Origin: Paraspadella gotoi
Taxonomy: Eukaryota; Animalia; Chaetognatha
Direction of reading: 5' to 3'
DNA: 64,000 bases
Assembly (NCBI GenBank): GCA_051294375.1
Contig: CM119266.1
Location: forward strand, 1,121,554 to 1,185,553
The notes beneath the pieces were generated by a model. The model made no database searches, was not told the origin of the DNA, and was given only the letters and a program-made list of their open reading frames with translations. The position numbers and the translations under genes were made by a program. Each line of letters begins with the position of its first letter. Positions within the stretch are counted from its first letter, which is position 1. Shown one piece after another: positions 37,226-55,620 of the stretch.

Positions 37226-37459
37226 TCTCTCTCTCTTCATCTCTCTCTCTCTCTCTCTCCAATCTCTCACTCCCTCTCTCTCTCTTTCACTGTCACTTTC
37301 TTTAACCCTCTACCTCCTTTTCCCTCACTCACGCTCTCACCTCTCTGCCTCTCGTTCTCTGTCTCGCAAATCGTCTTCCGTCGCGAGGTTTTTGCTCTGG
37401 TGACGTCAGCGCAGAGGCGACGAAATGTGGCGCCTCTTTTTTCCACAGGCGCCAACGAC
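35581..37459. repeat. Large inverted repeat (foldback-like, ~700-bp arms)
   Basis: 35581-36306 is the approximate reverse complement of 36775-37459 (TCGTTGGCGCC...AAAAAAGAGGCGCCACATTTCGTCGCCTCTGCGCTGACGTCACCAGAGC at both outer ends; GCGCAACAGCTACCCGAGCCCCGGTCACATG at both inner ends). The centre contains two 25-N gaps. Confidence 0.75.
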
Positions 37460-38238
37460 TAGTGGAAGAAAGACAGAAAGAGAGAGAGGGAGAGGTGACA
37501 GCAAAATTTGATAGGAAGAAGAGATCCTATCTTGTGATTGGAAAGTCAGAAAGGAAAGCGAGAGAGGAGAGAAAGATTAAAACTTGAAATTCAGAGAGAA
37601 ACAGTGAAACAAATTTAAATCTAGGCAACGAAATAAAAGTTTGAGAGAGGATTAATATAATGGAGATGGAATTGAATTGAACGGAAGTTATATTATATAT
37701 ATGATATATTGAAATGCAAATAGAAAGAGAAATAGATGGAGAAATAGAAAGAGGAATAGATGGAAAAATAGATTGGAGATAGTCGATAGAAAAAGAGAAC
37801 AGAGAACATTGAGATGAGAGGAAGAGAGACACGGATACGCGATACGGAAACCTTGAGAGAGCGAGATGAAAACAAAGAGAGAGAGTGAGAGATACGAAAG
37901 GTGAATGATCGAGATGTTTTGGTGAGACGTCATCACGGTTAAAATGCAACGTTGGTCCACTTGTGAGTTTTCTATTCAGTCTTCCCCGTTTATTTATCGA
38001 TCCTTGCTTGTGTAATTAGTTCTTTATAAATATAAGGGTGTCTAGTGTCTAGTTACTGTCGCTGCTAACGAGTCGGAGAAGAAAGAAAAGCAAAATATTT
38101 ATTTCTTTAATTTAACACGATTATTAAGAAATCGAGATATTGCCATCATTAAAAAGATATATAAATATAAATTAATTAAATTTATGAAACGACGACCTAA
38201 AAGGCTTTAGCGACAAATATTTGTGCAAACGTCAAAAG

Positions 38239-41416
<3,178 letters not shown>

Positions 41417-44400
41417 CTCGAGAGAGGGAAGCAAAAGTTAATTCTATTTATTCAAAATGATGAAAAATTAAAGTATGAGAATTTAAGAGGTTTGAGACAA
41501 TAATGCGTTATTTACGGTTAATCTTTATTTCTAATAAATTATACATTCTGTATTTTAATAAATAAGTTTCGTATTTCAGTCTTGTCAAGTCGGAAATTCT
41601 CTGTTTTCATGCTTTCGAGGTAAAATTTAATTTACGTACATTCAACATTTCAACATATAATAAAACTTACTTTTCTGCGTCACTGTCTTCCAAAATACCA
41701 GCCACTGTTCGGGCGTTTGAAATTAACGCGTCGAAAACTTAAGAAAAAAGCTGGATTGTTATCAAATGAAATAGTAAACTCTAATCGTCACGTAACTCCG
41801 ACGAAAAGTGGTTTACCGCCTCTCAGCTCGAGAGGGCGAGGTTAATTTCGAAAATGGAGAATTTAAAAAAAAAAAAAGAAAAAAAGTTTAAGAGTCAAGA
41901 TAGTAATTCTGCCTTCGCAGGTTAAATGCGCAAGTCAGCAGTAAAAGGAATAAACTATTTTTTGACGACATTGTCTACTTTATTATTGCAAAGCGAATTT
42001 TGGCCACATGTATCCTTTTTTCGAGAGATTTTTCTTAACGCTGTCACAAAGCGATATTTTTTATTGACACGTTTCGTAAAAATACGTTCTAATGTATTAT
42101 ATTTTTATCTGCCGTCCCTTACTATAACGAATTACCAGTCTGTATCCAATGCCATATCATACCATATCACACTCTCTGCCGTTTCACACTCTCTTCCGTT
42201 TCACACTCCGAACCGTGAAAAGGGGTTTTGAATCTCCGCTCGCGATTACCACCGACGAACGACGAACGACGACGACGACGAAGTCGACAATTCTTTCTCC
42301 CGCGACGACGATGACGACCATGAGAGAGAGACGACGACGACGAGGATGGCGCGAAAGATTCACGCCGACGCGGAAGAAGGTCTGGACATCGATCTCACGA
42401 AACAAAACTCGAATTCACAAAACAGGGTCCGCTTCGTGACGCGAAACAACGGAAACAAACTGTGTTTATTTTAATTTAACTTTTTTTTTGCTTCGTCTTT
42501 TCGTCTCTCGTCAGTGTTGATGAAAAATATTTTTTGATTCTGTCGGTAAATACGTGAGTACAACTGCTTTTAAATATTATATTATATATTTTAAAAAATT
42601 ACATTTATTAAAGAAAAAATATTATTATTTTCTCTTCATTGTTGATCTTTTTTGGGGCTAATATATTTTAATATTTTTAACAAATCTTGTCAACCTTTTC
42701 TTTTTTCCTAATTTTCTCAAGCTTTCAATGATTTTAAAAAAAAACTCTACTTATATATTCTCACCGAAGATTTCTTTAAAATCCGTGAAAAAGGTTTAAA
42801 AAAAACAATTCTTCCTTGAAACAAATATCATTTTTTTGTTCTCCTTTAAAAAATGTTCTTCTTATCCGAATCTTTTTTTGTTTTCTTCTACCTTGGTTCG
42901 CGCCAAAAAAACAATTTTTTTCAAGGGTTAATTCTCAATTTCTTGAAAATCCTGTCAAAATCTGGATCCTAAACGAAAAAAAACCTTTCATTTTTTTCAT
43001 CCCGTTTTTTTTTTCGAAAAGCTTTTTTTTCCCTTTCCCCTGCCACAATGGAGAATTGAGAGGAGAAAAAAAAACCTCATGGTGCATCTTGAAAAGAGAG
43101 GAAAAAAGGAAAAGAAAACATAAAAAGGAAAGGAGAAAAAAAAAAGGAATCATTTACCCTGACTTTTCGTAAAAAAAAAAAACCCTCGTCTTGGAAAAAG
43201 TGAAGAGACCAGAGATTTATTTTCTTAATTTCTTTCTTTCCCTTGACGTAATAATCATAACATCAAGTCACTTTTCAACCCTCTTGAGAACAACTGCCTT
43301 TAATAACTCACTCACTTACACTTACCCATTATCTCTCACGATTAATCTCCGTCAATCTATTTTTTTTTCACCCCTTCTCCCACAAAAAAAAACCCACGCA
43401 GGACTAGAAAGGAGTAATAGCGGCCAATTAACCCCGACTTTCCCTTAAAAAAAAACATTTTTTAAACCATCGTGGTTTTTTTTCCGAAGAGTCTGATTTT
43501 TTTCCCTTTCATATTTCTTCCGCAGCAAAAAAAGGCCCCGGCCGAACTGCCTCGGCATGTGGCCAAGCTATGGGGCTTAAGAGATGGGCCTCAGAGAATG
43601 GAGATGGGGCTTCAAGATGAAATTAGAAATGTTAATGAAATTAAAGATAATCTTGGTTCTGGCAGAGAGAAGAGGGCCGCGGGACGAACGATGGGATCAG
43701 TTCCATGCGAAATTACTTATAGCGTTGTAAAAATGTAACCAAATATACTGAATTTAAGTAATTAGATTAAGAGATTAATTTCATGAGATATTTTTATGAG
43801 TTTAATGTTTACGATTAATGGATTGGGCGATTAGAGGAAGAGAGAGAGATTAAGGGGAGGGAAAATAGCATTTAAAGAGAGTGAGATAGGGAGAGGGAGA
43901 GAAATGAAAAAAAATGAGTCATATTTCTAATTGTATATATCGTTCATGCATTTAAATGACCGAGATGCTCCCTTAACATTCGTTTATTTCTCTTTAAAAA
44001 AATCTCAGCCCATTATCTCTCCAAATTGGCCATTTTCAAAATTCCAACTCGAGGAAAAAAAAACTTAACAATAAAAAAAAATTTAATACCAACTAAAATG
44101 TAAGGAAAAGAGAGAGGGGAAGAGAATCGAGCCAGTGTGTGGTCCAAAGCTGCTCTTTTTTTATCCTCAGAATTTTTTTTAAATATATTTTTTCTTTTGT
44201 TTTCCTCATCCAAGAAATTTTTTTTTCTTCCCGATTTTTTTATTCTTACCGAATTTTTATTTTTTACTTCCGCCCGGCCGCTCCTCTGTTTTTAGCCGAT
44301 TAGGGATAAAAATCGGAGAAAGGCCCAAATCTACCCAACCATTTGTTAAAATTTGAATGTTAAAAAAAAAAATCACATTTTCGTAATTTTTAAGTAATTT

Positions 44401-44909
44401 GACGTGAGACTTGAATTTCCTTCAAGCGATTGTTGTAAGTGATTTCCTATAAAAATTATCCTAGAAAAATAAAAATTTTATAGAAAAAAAAATGTATACA
44501 GAACAAAGTGAAGAAAAAAAAACACTTATGTGATTTTTACGATCAATTTTGTTTTTCTTAAACTTAAACTTAGATTATTATTTTTTTCGCGGTCGATTTA
44601 TCATCGTAACTTTAGTCGTCGTCCTTTCCTCGACTTCGTCGCCTCAAATGTTTTGTATCATTTTTATTTCAAGCGGTGAAAAAATACTTAAACATAGGCG
44701 TAACAATTAAAAGTAAAAACGATTTCGCTATTACAATTTCCAGGCAAAACCAACCACGAACTCGTCCGTGTATATTTCTTGTATTCAAAAAAATTTAAAA
44801 ACAAACACTAACTTAAGCAACAACATCAGAAACAACCCGAATTTCTCCATCACTAACTTCTTCAGCATCTGCACCTCTTCCTCCAACGCTCAACCCTCTT
44901 CCGACGCCG

Positions 44910-45933
44910 ATGATGGAGTGGCGCGCCAATTTGATGTACGGCGACGGTGCCGCCGACTTTCGCATCTCGACTCGACTCAAACCCGGCGCCGCTAAAAATC
45001 TCTTCTGCGACGCCGGATGCTGCGAGAACGCAGAGGGCGGGCATGGCTCCGCCCAACCGGCGCCGGGAGAGCGCCGAAACACAAATACCCCGGCGAATGA
45101 CGCCGTGAAGCCGTGGCCGTCCCGGAAAGACGCCACGACGCCGAGGTGGCGTTTTTCCCGCGCCGCGTCCAAAACGTGGCATTCCGGCTTCGTCACGTCC
45201 GGAACGTGGCATTCCGGCGTCACTTCGACCGGCGTTACGTGGGGTGACGTTCCGACGACGACGCCGACGACGGCCGTCGATCTCACTGTCGACGATGACG
45301 AAGAAGATTACGACGACGCCTTTAAAGAACTTCGTTCTCGATCGGAAAAACGGCGCCGCGATGGAAAAAGACGAGAGGCGCGTCCGGTTAGCGGCGCCGA
45401 CGAAGACCCTCTCGGTCTTGATAGCGGCGTCATTGTATCGAGACCGACAACGCCAGTTTCCATCAATGACGCCGCCTTTAAACGCCGCCCTCCTGCGGAC
45501 GAGGATGACGAGGACGACTGTGGGCGTGTCCGCAAACGAAGAAGGTCCATCGCAGTTTCCGATCAGCGTCACGAAGATGAGGCGACTTACCACGATGTCG
45601 CGGGATTGACGGAGGAGGAATCGCCGAGCCGGGCGACGTCGGAAAGAGCGCCGTCTCGTTCGCAATCGGAATCGGCGTCGGAGACAGCGTCGCCGCTGAA
45701 GAGAAAAGACGCCGACGAGTCAGAAATGGAACTCTCGTTGGAATCGAAACGACGCCGCGAATCCGAAAGGGAGAGCGACGGAACCGATGCGATTTCCCCG
45801 GCAACGCCGCCTCGACGACGCCGCTTTGGCGAGCAGCCTCGACCGGCGCCTACAACGCCCCCAAAGTTTCCGGCGTTCAGGGAACCTTGGTGGTTGGGGA
45901 GCCGGTTCGACGGCTACGACTACTACGAGAAGG
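44910..45933 (+). CDS. Uncharacterised disordered ~340-codon exon; either a separate gene or an N-terminal exon of NAB
   Basis: GC-rich 353-aa ORF within AT-rich flanks. Acidic and basic low-complexity stretches, VDLTVDDDEED motif, NLS-like RKRRR. Ends at a G|GCAAGT donor candidate (45934) followed by an (AAAT)n tract. Confidence 0.65.
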
Positions 45934-45989
45934 GCAAGTCTATGGAGGGGAAAAAAGAAAGAAAGAAATAGAGAGAGAGAGAGAGAGAG

Positions 45990-46275
<286 letters not shown>

Positions 46276-47048
46276 TAGATAGATAGAGAGGCGAGGCCGA
46301 AGTCGATTTCTTTGAATTCTTAGCAGACGATTTGTTGAGACGATCTAGACGGGAGAGATGGCGCAGGCCAAGCTGATGAGGAGGACGAACGTAGAAGACG
46401 TTGAAGAGGAGACCCCCACGACAGGCAGGAGAATCGGCAGGAGTTGGTGCTGGAGATGGGGCTGGAGATTTGGCTGTAGATAGGGCTGGAGATAGTGCTG
46501 GAGTTTTGTCCGTTTGAGGCGGAACAACCGTCACGAGTTTTATTATTGTACAATGTACATAGTTTTTTACGAAAAAAAGAAAATGGTTTAGTTTTAAGGA
46601 AACTGAAGTTGTTGATTCTACAAACTACATAACTCATAATATTTAAATATGAATATAAAATCACTAGAAAGAAAAGCGACGGACTTTAGCAAAATCATGT
46701 TTGATTAAACTGATGAAAATGTGTAGAAATTTGGATCTCAGGGGAATTTAGTTCATTTTCTTCGTCTCAATGGAGATTTTTGTATTTGTTCTTTGGGTGA
46801 ATTAAGAGTTAAGAGTTAAGAATCAACAATTTTGAAAAGAATATTGATTTCTTATTCACGTATTTTTGGCCAGTTGTCAAGTGTGTAACTAATTGGTTTA
46901 AACTCTCGAATGCTGAATTAAAGTATTTTGAAAATCTTTTAAAAAAATTGGAAAAGCATATTGCCCACTGATGAGACTTAATGAATAGCTCTAAGTAATT
47001 TATTTTAAACTAACTTTCCGATGCTCATTTGTTTTTTTTTCAGCTGCG

Positions 47049-48045
47049 ATGACGGCGACGATCCCGACGACGCCATCTGAGTGGCACGTTTACAACGTAT
47101 TACGACGCGCCAATCTCCTTCAGTACTACGACACGTTTATATCGCAAGGTGAGTTTGATCGTTGGGATTCAAGGCACGCGCCATTGTTAATTTTATATTT
47201 AAACACTATATATTTTTTATGTATTGATTCAAACTTTAATTGCCGTTTTTGTGATCTTCGTTATTAAATTTCACTTATATATTTAGCAGATATTCGTAAA
47301 ATGTTTTGACATATACTTTCGGATTACCTTTATATTAATGAATAAATGTTCCACAATACTGGTAAATTAGCTTTCGAAATATTACTTTGTCTACTCTACA
47401 TAGAAAAAAAAATATTCCCATGAAACTTTGATGTATCATTCCCGTCAATTTTTTCTTTTTTTTTTCCTCCCATTTTCTCTTCCCATACCTTTTTTTTCAT
47501 ACCCTCCCACTCGGTTTTCATACTCTCCTTTTCTTTCCTTTTTTTCCCTTCTTCCTCTTCCCTCCCTTTCTTCGCCCTTTTCAATCTTTCCCATTCAGTT
47601 TTAACCATTTTTTTATTCCATCCCTTTTTCCCGATTTTTTAACCCTTTCCTTTCAAAACATTCTCTCTCTCTCTTTCTCTCTATTTCTCTCTCTCTCTCT
47701 CTCTCCCCGGGGGAGGAGAGAAACATCATCGCTCAATCCTGTAACGATAAAACTAAATGCTTTCTGTTACCTTCGCAATCGTGATCGGTTCTCACGTCAA
47801 TATTCTTTTTTTTTTCGATAGTCATATACCCACATTGATTTCCATTTTTTTCTCTCTCTCTCTCCCTTCAGTATTATTAATAATAGAACCGTCAGTTTTT
47901 GTACTTTTTTTTTCTCTCGAGTGAATTTTTATTTTTCTGTATTATTCTCATTTATCATTTTTTTATTCTTTTTTTTTTCATCCTCTTTGAGAGGACGGTA
48001 TTAAAAAAAATGAGAACCTCATTGATCCAGAATTCAGATATTGAA

Positions 48046-48133
<88 letters not shown>

Positions 48134-48766
48134 TTTTATTTATAGGGTTCCCCTCCCTTTTTTTTTCATCCTGGTAACGAAGATTCCATTTTCATTACGT
48201 TTAATGCTTTATGCTTTAATGCTTTATTCCTCCGACGAGTCATAAAAAAAAGGAAAAAAACAACTTTTTTTTTACAATTTCACGTGAGAGTGAATGAGAA
48301 GGAGATCGGAAAATTGCGGAGATGAAAATTGAATGCGTGAGAAAATGTAAACCATTTGTCATTTGTGATACAAGTTCCATGTTATTTTTTTATTGATGCA
48401 TCTTTCGGTTATCTTACCATCAGAGATAATTGAATATTGATTAGACCTTAAAGAGAGAAAAACTATATAATTAACAATGTAGTAATGTTTTTTGCTCTCA
48501 AAAACAAATTTGTTTCGTCATCAGGTTCGCGCATCTGTCATCCCTCATAATTTCTTTTTAATCCAATCATTCATCTCATAAAGATAAAGCCCGCGATCAA
48601 ACGCCCCCACCCTCCCCAAAAAAAATTCATACCCCCGAATTTTTCGTGCCTTATTTAACCCCTTTTTTCAGGCCCCGATTATTTTTTGGGGAGATTTTTT
48701 TGGGGGCAATAAATTTTTTGGGGGACTCGCGAAAAAGATTGTGTCGTGATAACCTCGTATTGTGTT

Positions 48767-48804
<38 letters not shown>

Positions 48805-49025
48805 TTTTTCTGGTCTCATGTTTAACCATTTTTTTCTAGTCTAAATTGCAGACTTTGGCGAAGCTGAACCGAAGAAAAAAGAGGAGGACAAAAAGAGAAA
48901 GAAAAAAAAAAGGAAAACAAGGGTTTTCTTTCCTTTCATTCCCTTTTTTTTTTCTCTGTCTCTTTCTTTCTTTCTTTGGACTCTACCTACGGCTCTCACT
49001 CTCTATTTTTTCCCCTAAATATCTC

Positions 49026-49120
<95 letters not shown>

Positions 49121-52100
49121 GACAGTTCTTTGAAGAAAATCCTTTTCATCGTTACAAAAAAAGTGGAAGGAATCTTTTTAAGTACTTTTTTTGGCTCATG
49201 GAGATCCTATTGACTCTCTCTCTCTCTCTCTCTTTTTTTTTCTCTCCGTTTTTTTCAAGAACGTGCGGCCCCTCGCCCCTACCCCAGGGGATGGTCTTTT
49301 GTTCCCTTTTTTTTTGCGATGAAAAAATATGTTTTGTCATCTTTTCTTTTTTTTGTTTAGGTTTTAGAAAACGTCTGTTTACGACTTGTTGCCAAATTTT
49401 GTTGATCTCTTTTTTTTGGGTTTCACGCCCAGCGGTCGCATGTCGGTCGCTATCAAGATTTCTGAGAAATGTTGGAAATGTGGTATAAGTTTCCTGAACG
49501 ATGCAGAATTTTAGACTCTCTAAAAATGGACAAAAATATTCCTTTAAATTTACGTTTATATTACGATTTTCACTGAGGCCATTTTGAGTTTTTAAATGAA
49601 TATTTAGTCTCGCTATAAATTTTTCACAGCGACCACTTCTACGAACGATTTCTCACCGAAATGAGAAAGTTGTGACTTCGCGAAACAATGGTTTCAAAAA
49701 TCTTTGAGCTTCTTTTTTTTTTCTGAATTAAAATTATGACGGATAAAAAGTTATAAACTGAAAATTACGGCTGAGATGAAAAAAAATCGTAGCGTTAAAG
49801 CGAAAATATTTCAATCCATGGGAAATATTTACAGAAAAAAAGTTTTTTTTTTTCATTTCTGTTCATTAAAAATCTTTTTTTAAGAATCCATTTTGGCAAT
49901 AAAAGAAATTTTCTGACTGTTTTCGAATTTTCACTAAAATTTTTATAGCGACAAAATAATTTTTTAGAGCATTCATACAGACAAGAGGAACAAAAACGCT
50001 TTATTTCGTCGTTACACAAATAATTCCCAGGAAATAAAAGAAGATGAAATTTCGACTTTAACCGAATTGAAAAAAAAAATGGAACGGGGATGCACTCGAG
50101 AACAAAAGCCCATCGAAAAAAAAGGTTTTCAAACGTCAAATTCTTGCCCCGCAGGAAAATTCCCTCTTTTTTTCACTATTTTGACGGCGTGAAAGGGAAA
50201 GGGACTGAAAAAAAGGGTCTTTTTTCCTTTTTTAAAATTTTTTATAAAAATTTTTACGGATGGAAACCCTTTTGACGGTAGCATCGGGGAGAGGGGGGCG
50301 ATAAGAGAATGAATGGGGTACGGTAAAGGAAAGGGGAATAAAAGGGAAGAGTTTTAAGGCTTCTTTTGTCGATACTTTTTTCGTAGTAGTGATATCAATT
50401 GAGAGCGGGGAGAAGTCTCCATTATTTTTCGACTCAAGTCGCCATTTTGATGGAGTTTGTTAAACAAAAGGTTAAAAAAAAGTTTTTATCATTTTTAAAA
50501 AAAAGTTTGTTTTTTCTTTCATCGCGGTCGAGCGATTTGCGATTTTCATGGGAAAGGACAGTGAACATCTTTGTTTTATAATAAGACTGTAAATTTGATA
50601 TCAACCTTCTATTTAACACAAAAAAAAATATTTTAAAAAGTTTATTTGCAAATTTTACATCGTGCTCGATACCCCTAAGGCTAAGATATATTCTTGTACT
50701 ATAGTAACTACATAAAAATGTAGTAAAATCAAAAGAAAAAAGTTTTTTTTTTACAGTCAACGAATTTTTTTTTCAAAGATTCAAAAATTTTTTTTAAATA
50801 CTTGGTTCTTTTTTTCATTTGATTCTAATATCAAACCAAAACAATAATAAAAATATTGTCAAATTTTGGTATTTTATTTACAAAATCTCTTTTCTATAAA
50901 AAAAGAAAAGGTACAGATTATAAATGGCTGATAACATTCCTTCTTAGAAATAATTGGCAAATTTTAATTTCAAACTTCCTTTATCTTTTCCAGGCGGCGA
51001 CGACGTGCAGCAACTCTGCGAAGCCGGCGAAGAGGAATTCCTGGAGATCATGGCGTTGGTGGGGATGGCGGCCAAGCCGCTGCACGTCAGGAGACTGCAG
51101 AAGGCGCTGCAGGAGTGGGTGCAGAACCCGGGTGAGTGAGACGGTTGGAAGGAGGGGGCGAGCAAGGGAAAGGGGTAATAGCCGTGAATGAAAAGAGGCT
51201 GCCAACCTAAACCTTTTCCAAATTATATTGATTAATGATGATCTTGAAATCTCTAAATGAAAGGCTAAATATAGAAATAAAGATATCACGCTCTCTTCCC
51301 TGTGAAAAAAAACGAGTGAAATCTCGGGTTTGATTTTCAATCATGTTTTCAAACTCATCATTGGTAGTTTTAGCCATTACACAATGTAAATATATATATA
51401 TATAAAGTATCATTTGCAAAAAAACCACATGAACATGAAATCAAAAACATCTGCTTGGAAGAAGCACGTCATCCCTTTCCTAATATTTATTTAAGTAACG
51501 AAGGATTAAAAAAAAGGCATAACACTTAAATATGTTGTTTCAGTGATAACTTTATCTCGAGTTACTGACATTCATGGAAATGTTAATGCCCCCCCCCCAA
51601 AAAAAAAAGTCAGACGTTAAATTTTCGGTAAAATTGTTTTGTGTTAACTCTTGAGAGGCGACTTAAAACGCCAAGTGCCAATGAAAATATATACTTAGTT
51701 CTTCGATGGACCAATCATCGTCAGCCCTCCGACCGGCCGGCGCCCGCCGTTATTCAACTAAGGTTTTTTTTTTTTAAACTGCAGTTTTTTTTTCTTTTGC
51801 TGCGTCTGCGACGACAGAAGCGGCCAAGATAAATGCTGCCCTCTTTTTTTTTTAACCCAACTAATATCAGTAAAATAAAAATGAAGGATTAGGAGAGGCA
51901 CAGACGGGATTCGAACCCGCGCTCTTCGGTTTACGAGACCGACGCCTTACCGCTGGGCCACTGCGCCTGGTTGGCGTTGCGAGCTGTGATACTAAGTCGC
52001 AATGGGAATGTTATAAAATCATCGGGTCTATTCCAACGCGTCATATGTGAACAGAAGAATTGTAATAATTAACGACAGCAGTGTTAAAAAGACCTCATCG

Positions 52101-52816
52101 ATCACATAGACTCAGAGGAATGGAAAAGAAATCAATTTAAGCGTAAATGACAAGTTGGCAACGACGATGACGACGACGACGACGACGACGACGATGATGA
52201 ATAGGGTTAAAAACTCTAGATTTTTCTTATCGTGACAAGTTTTTATTTCTAAAAAGCTCAAACATGTCCCCGCGAAATTTTTTTAAAGTAAAAACCCTTT
52301 ATTTTAATGAATTTTTAATTGAAATTTGAAACAATAACTTTCTAAATAGAAAATAATAGAAAGTTAGGTTAGTTAGGGTGAGCATATTAGGAACCTCGTT
52401 AAAACAAACACAAACATAACTATCTTCTTGAACTAAATCAAAGAACATTTAAATTGTGTCTAAATATGTTTAAATTTAAAAAGAAAAATGTTTTCTCTCC
52501 CTTTCCTTCCCTAAGGGATGTTCGCCCAACCCTCGGTACTCGCCGCGATCATGCCGCCCTCTTCCGTGGTTCCCGCCGCCGCTGCTGCTGCCGCATCTGC
52601 CGCCGCCCCAGGCTCCGCCGTCGCCGCTGCCGCCGCCGCAGCGGTCGCGACGACGCCATCGTCCGTCGCAGGTCACCATAACTTTGGTCGCTTTTTTAGA
52701 TCGGGAACATTTTTTTTTTGGGGGGGGGGATAATTTGAATTTTTTTGGTTTTGTTTTAGACTCGCGTGAATGTGGAAAAATGGGGATTTTGAAGGAAGGA
52801 AATAAAGAAAGAAATA

Positions 52817-52876
<60 letters not shown>

Positions 52877-55569
52877 GAAAAAGAGAGAGAAAGAGAGAGA
52901 GAACCAATATAGATAGAGAAATCAATATAGAGAAAAAGAGAGAAAGAAATATACAGAGATATAAAAAGGAAAAGAAAGAAAGAAAGAAAAATAGATAGGA
53001 CAGAAAGGCAAGAGAAGAAATGAAAGATTAAGCAAGAAAAAAATTGAACGAAATAAAGGAGGGCCATAAAAAAAGAGAAAAGGGGAGAGAGTGCTCGAAA
53101 GACAGAAAAAAAGGAGCGAAAAATTCAGGGTCAACATTTTCCTGTTTTTTTTTTTTTTTTTTTTTTTCCTTTTTCTTTAACCTTTGTTCTGTTTCTTGGT
53201 TCTGCCTTCAGAACGGTCTTTGCCTTAATTGAAAAAAAAATGTAAGGAAAATCTGATGAAAACTAATTAAACTGTAACCGATTAAAATTATAAATTGAAT
53301 GATATATATATTAGGGTGGAGTGATGAAAAGATTGAGCGATGGAACAATGTTTTTTTGCTGCCTTTGTATAAGTAATAAAAATAATTAAGCCCCTTTTTC
53401 AAATAAATTTTGCATAACAGTATCATTAATTGAATTTTCTTTATAGTAATATCCTTATAAAATCATTAAAAAATTTCAAAATCATATTTTTTTAATTTTA
53501 AGAAATGTTTTGGATTCGCCGAAAAAAAGTGAAAAAATTTGTAAAATATGTTTTATGATATTTTTAGGTTAAAGCTGCGAAAAATGACTAAAATGTTCCA
53601 TCATATAATAATTTCTACTACAGAGCGTAAAAAAGGGGGAAATTTTTAAATTTTTGATACTGAAGGCATTGAAATTGTTAATAACATGTTTTATATTTTT
53701 GATCTAACTTTTTATGAAGAATCAGAATCTTTAATACAAATTTTTTAAAATTTATTTTGAAAATTTTTTATTTTTTAAGGATATTACTATAAATATATTG
53801 TAATTAATGATACTGTTCCCCAAACAATACAAGCAAAATATTTTTTGTACTCCTTAATCATACGATCTCACATCTAAAAATCCTTGTTTGTTCACTCAAA
53901 TAAAATTTATGTTCCCAAGTGCTCCACTCTAATATATATACTATTATATTATATAGTTAATAAATCTAAGTTGAACCAGGTTAACTATTAGGTCAAGAGA
54001 TTTCAATCCAATTATCTAAAAGAATCAAAACCACATGATAAGTCAAAGCTAATCCGATTTACTCTACAAAGAAGAAAAGTATTAGCTACTATGGATATTA
54101 CTATTACTATTACTATTGGATATAGCCAACAATTTTTAAACCATTATGACTTTAAATATAAATTGATAACTGAAAAAAAACACCTGAGGTTGAATAAGAT
54201 ATTTGTTGCAAACGAAAATAACATACAATTGAGACATTCTTTGAAATATTATACAACTCGGGTACTCGGGGAGTGAATAAACGAGACTGTGAAAGAGTCT
54301 TGATTGAAAGCTTGCAGGGACCAGCTATGTCATTATCTTGTGATGGAGGCCTTAAACCACTAAAGCCTATTCAAAGTCAGGGGCAGGATAGCTTATTTAT
54401 TAAATGAATGGATAATTTTTATATTGGTTGTACCAATTTCATACATATAACTTATATAACTTGTCCGTTTAAAAATAAAACTCCTTTGTATACAAAAAAA
54501 AAACTTTGGTTTCTCTCTTAACTTATAAAGCAAAATTTTTAACTAAGTATATTCAATCCAGGTCGCGCTTTGATGACCGCGGCTCAAGCGGGCGCCATGG
54601 TGACAGCGGCGCGCGCAGGCGCCGTCGCCTCCACCGCCATCCTACCCGTTGTCTCGGCGAATCAACAAATTAATGGGAGTGAGTATTTGTGGTGGTGAGT
54701 GAATGAATGAGCGTGAGGGAAAGTGGGTTTGTGAAAAGAGAAATAAAAGAAGAAATAAACTGAAGAGAAAAGAAAAAAGTTTGGAAAAAAGAATAAGAAA
54801 GGAAAACAATAGAGAAAAGTAGTAGATTATCAAATGGTTTTAAGGCTCAGGGTCAATGACTGTTAGCAACTTTGTTAGATGAATCTGGCTACTTAATTTT
54901 TTTTCTCTCTTTCTTTCTCTCTCTTTGTCCCTTCGAGTCCATTTTAGCGAAAAACTATAAAACTGACGGAGAGTCAATCCCACTTCCCTTCCATGCCATG
55001 TCATGTCAAAAATTCTTTCCTCACCCGCCAGGTCTCATTCCCGCTGTCGTCAATGGCGCCGCCCACGGTGCTGCGTCGACGCTGCTGGCGGTGCTGCCGC
55101 ATCCCCAGCCTCTTTCTCATCCTCAACCGCCGACTTCGCCATCTGGTTTTCGGACGCAAATCGTCGTCTCCCAACAAAAGAGCAACGCTTACACGTGAGT
55201 TTTTGTTTAAAACAAGATGTTACGTAATTCAAAATAATATCGCAATACACTCCATGTTAAAAATCAATTAATGAACGAACGAACCCATTACATTTCGGTC
55301 TCGCCTTTATTTTCAAATGAATTGATTACCGTATATTAAAAATGTAGGGTCAAACCAAAAAAACCGACGAGGGAGGGATTCGAACCCTCGCGTGTAGAAC
55401 ACATTGGATTAGCAGTCCAACGCCTTAACCGCTCGGCCACCTCGTCCTCTTGTCTAAGCTCATTTAATACGAGGAATAAATTTTATTGACTTGTAACGGA
55501 ATCAAAAAGTATATCAGCAGTCGACAATTTTGAATGAAAAAAAAAGAGTTAACGTCCCTGGGTGGGCTC

Positions 55570-55620
<51 letters not shown>

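Noticed and set aside
42360-42362. In-frame TGA as selenocysteine or recoding
   Set aside because: It lies in a putative signal region, no SECIS was recognised, and an alternative ATG exists downstream.
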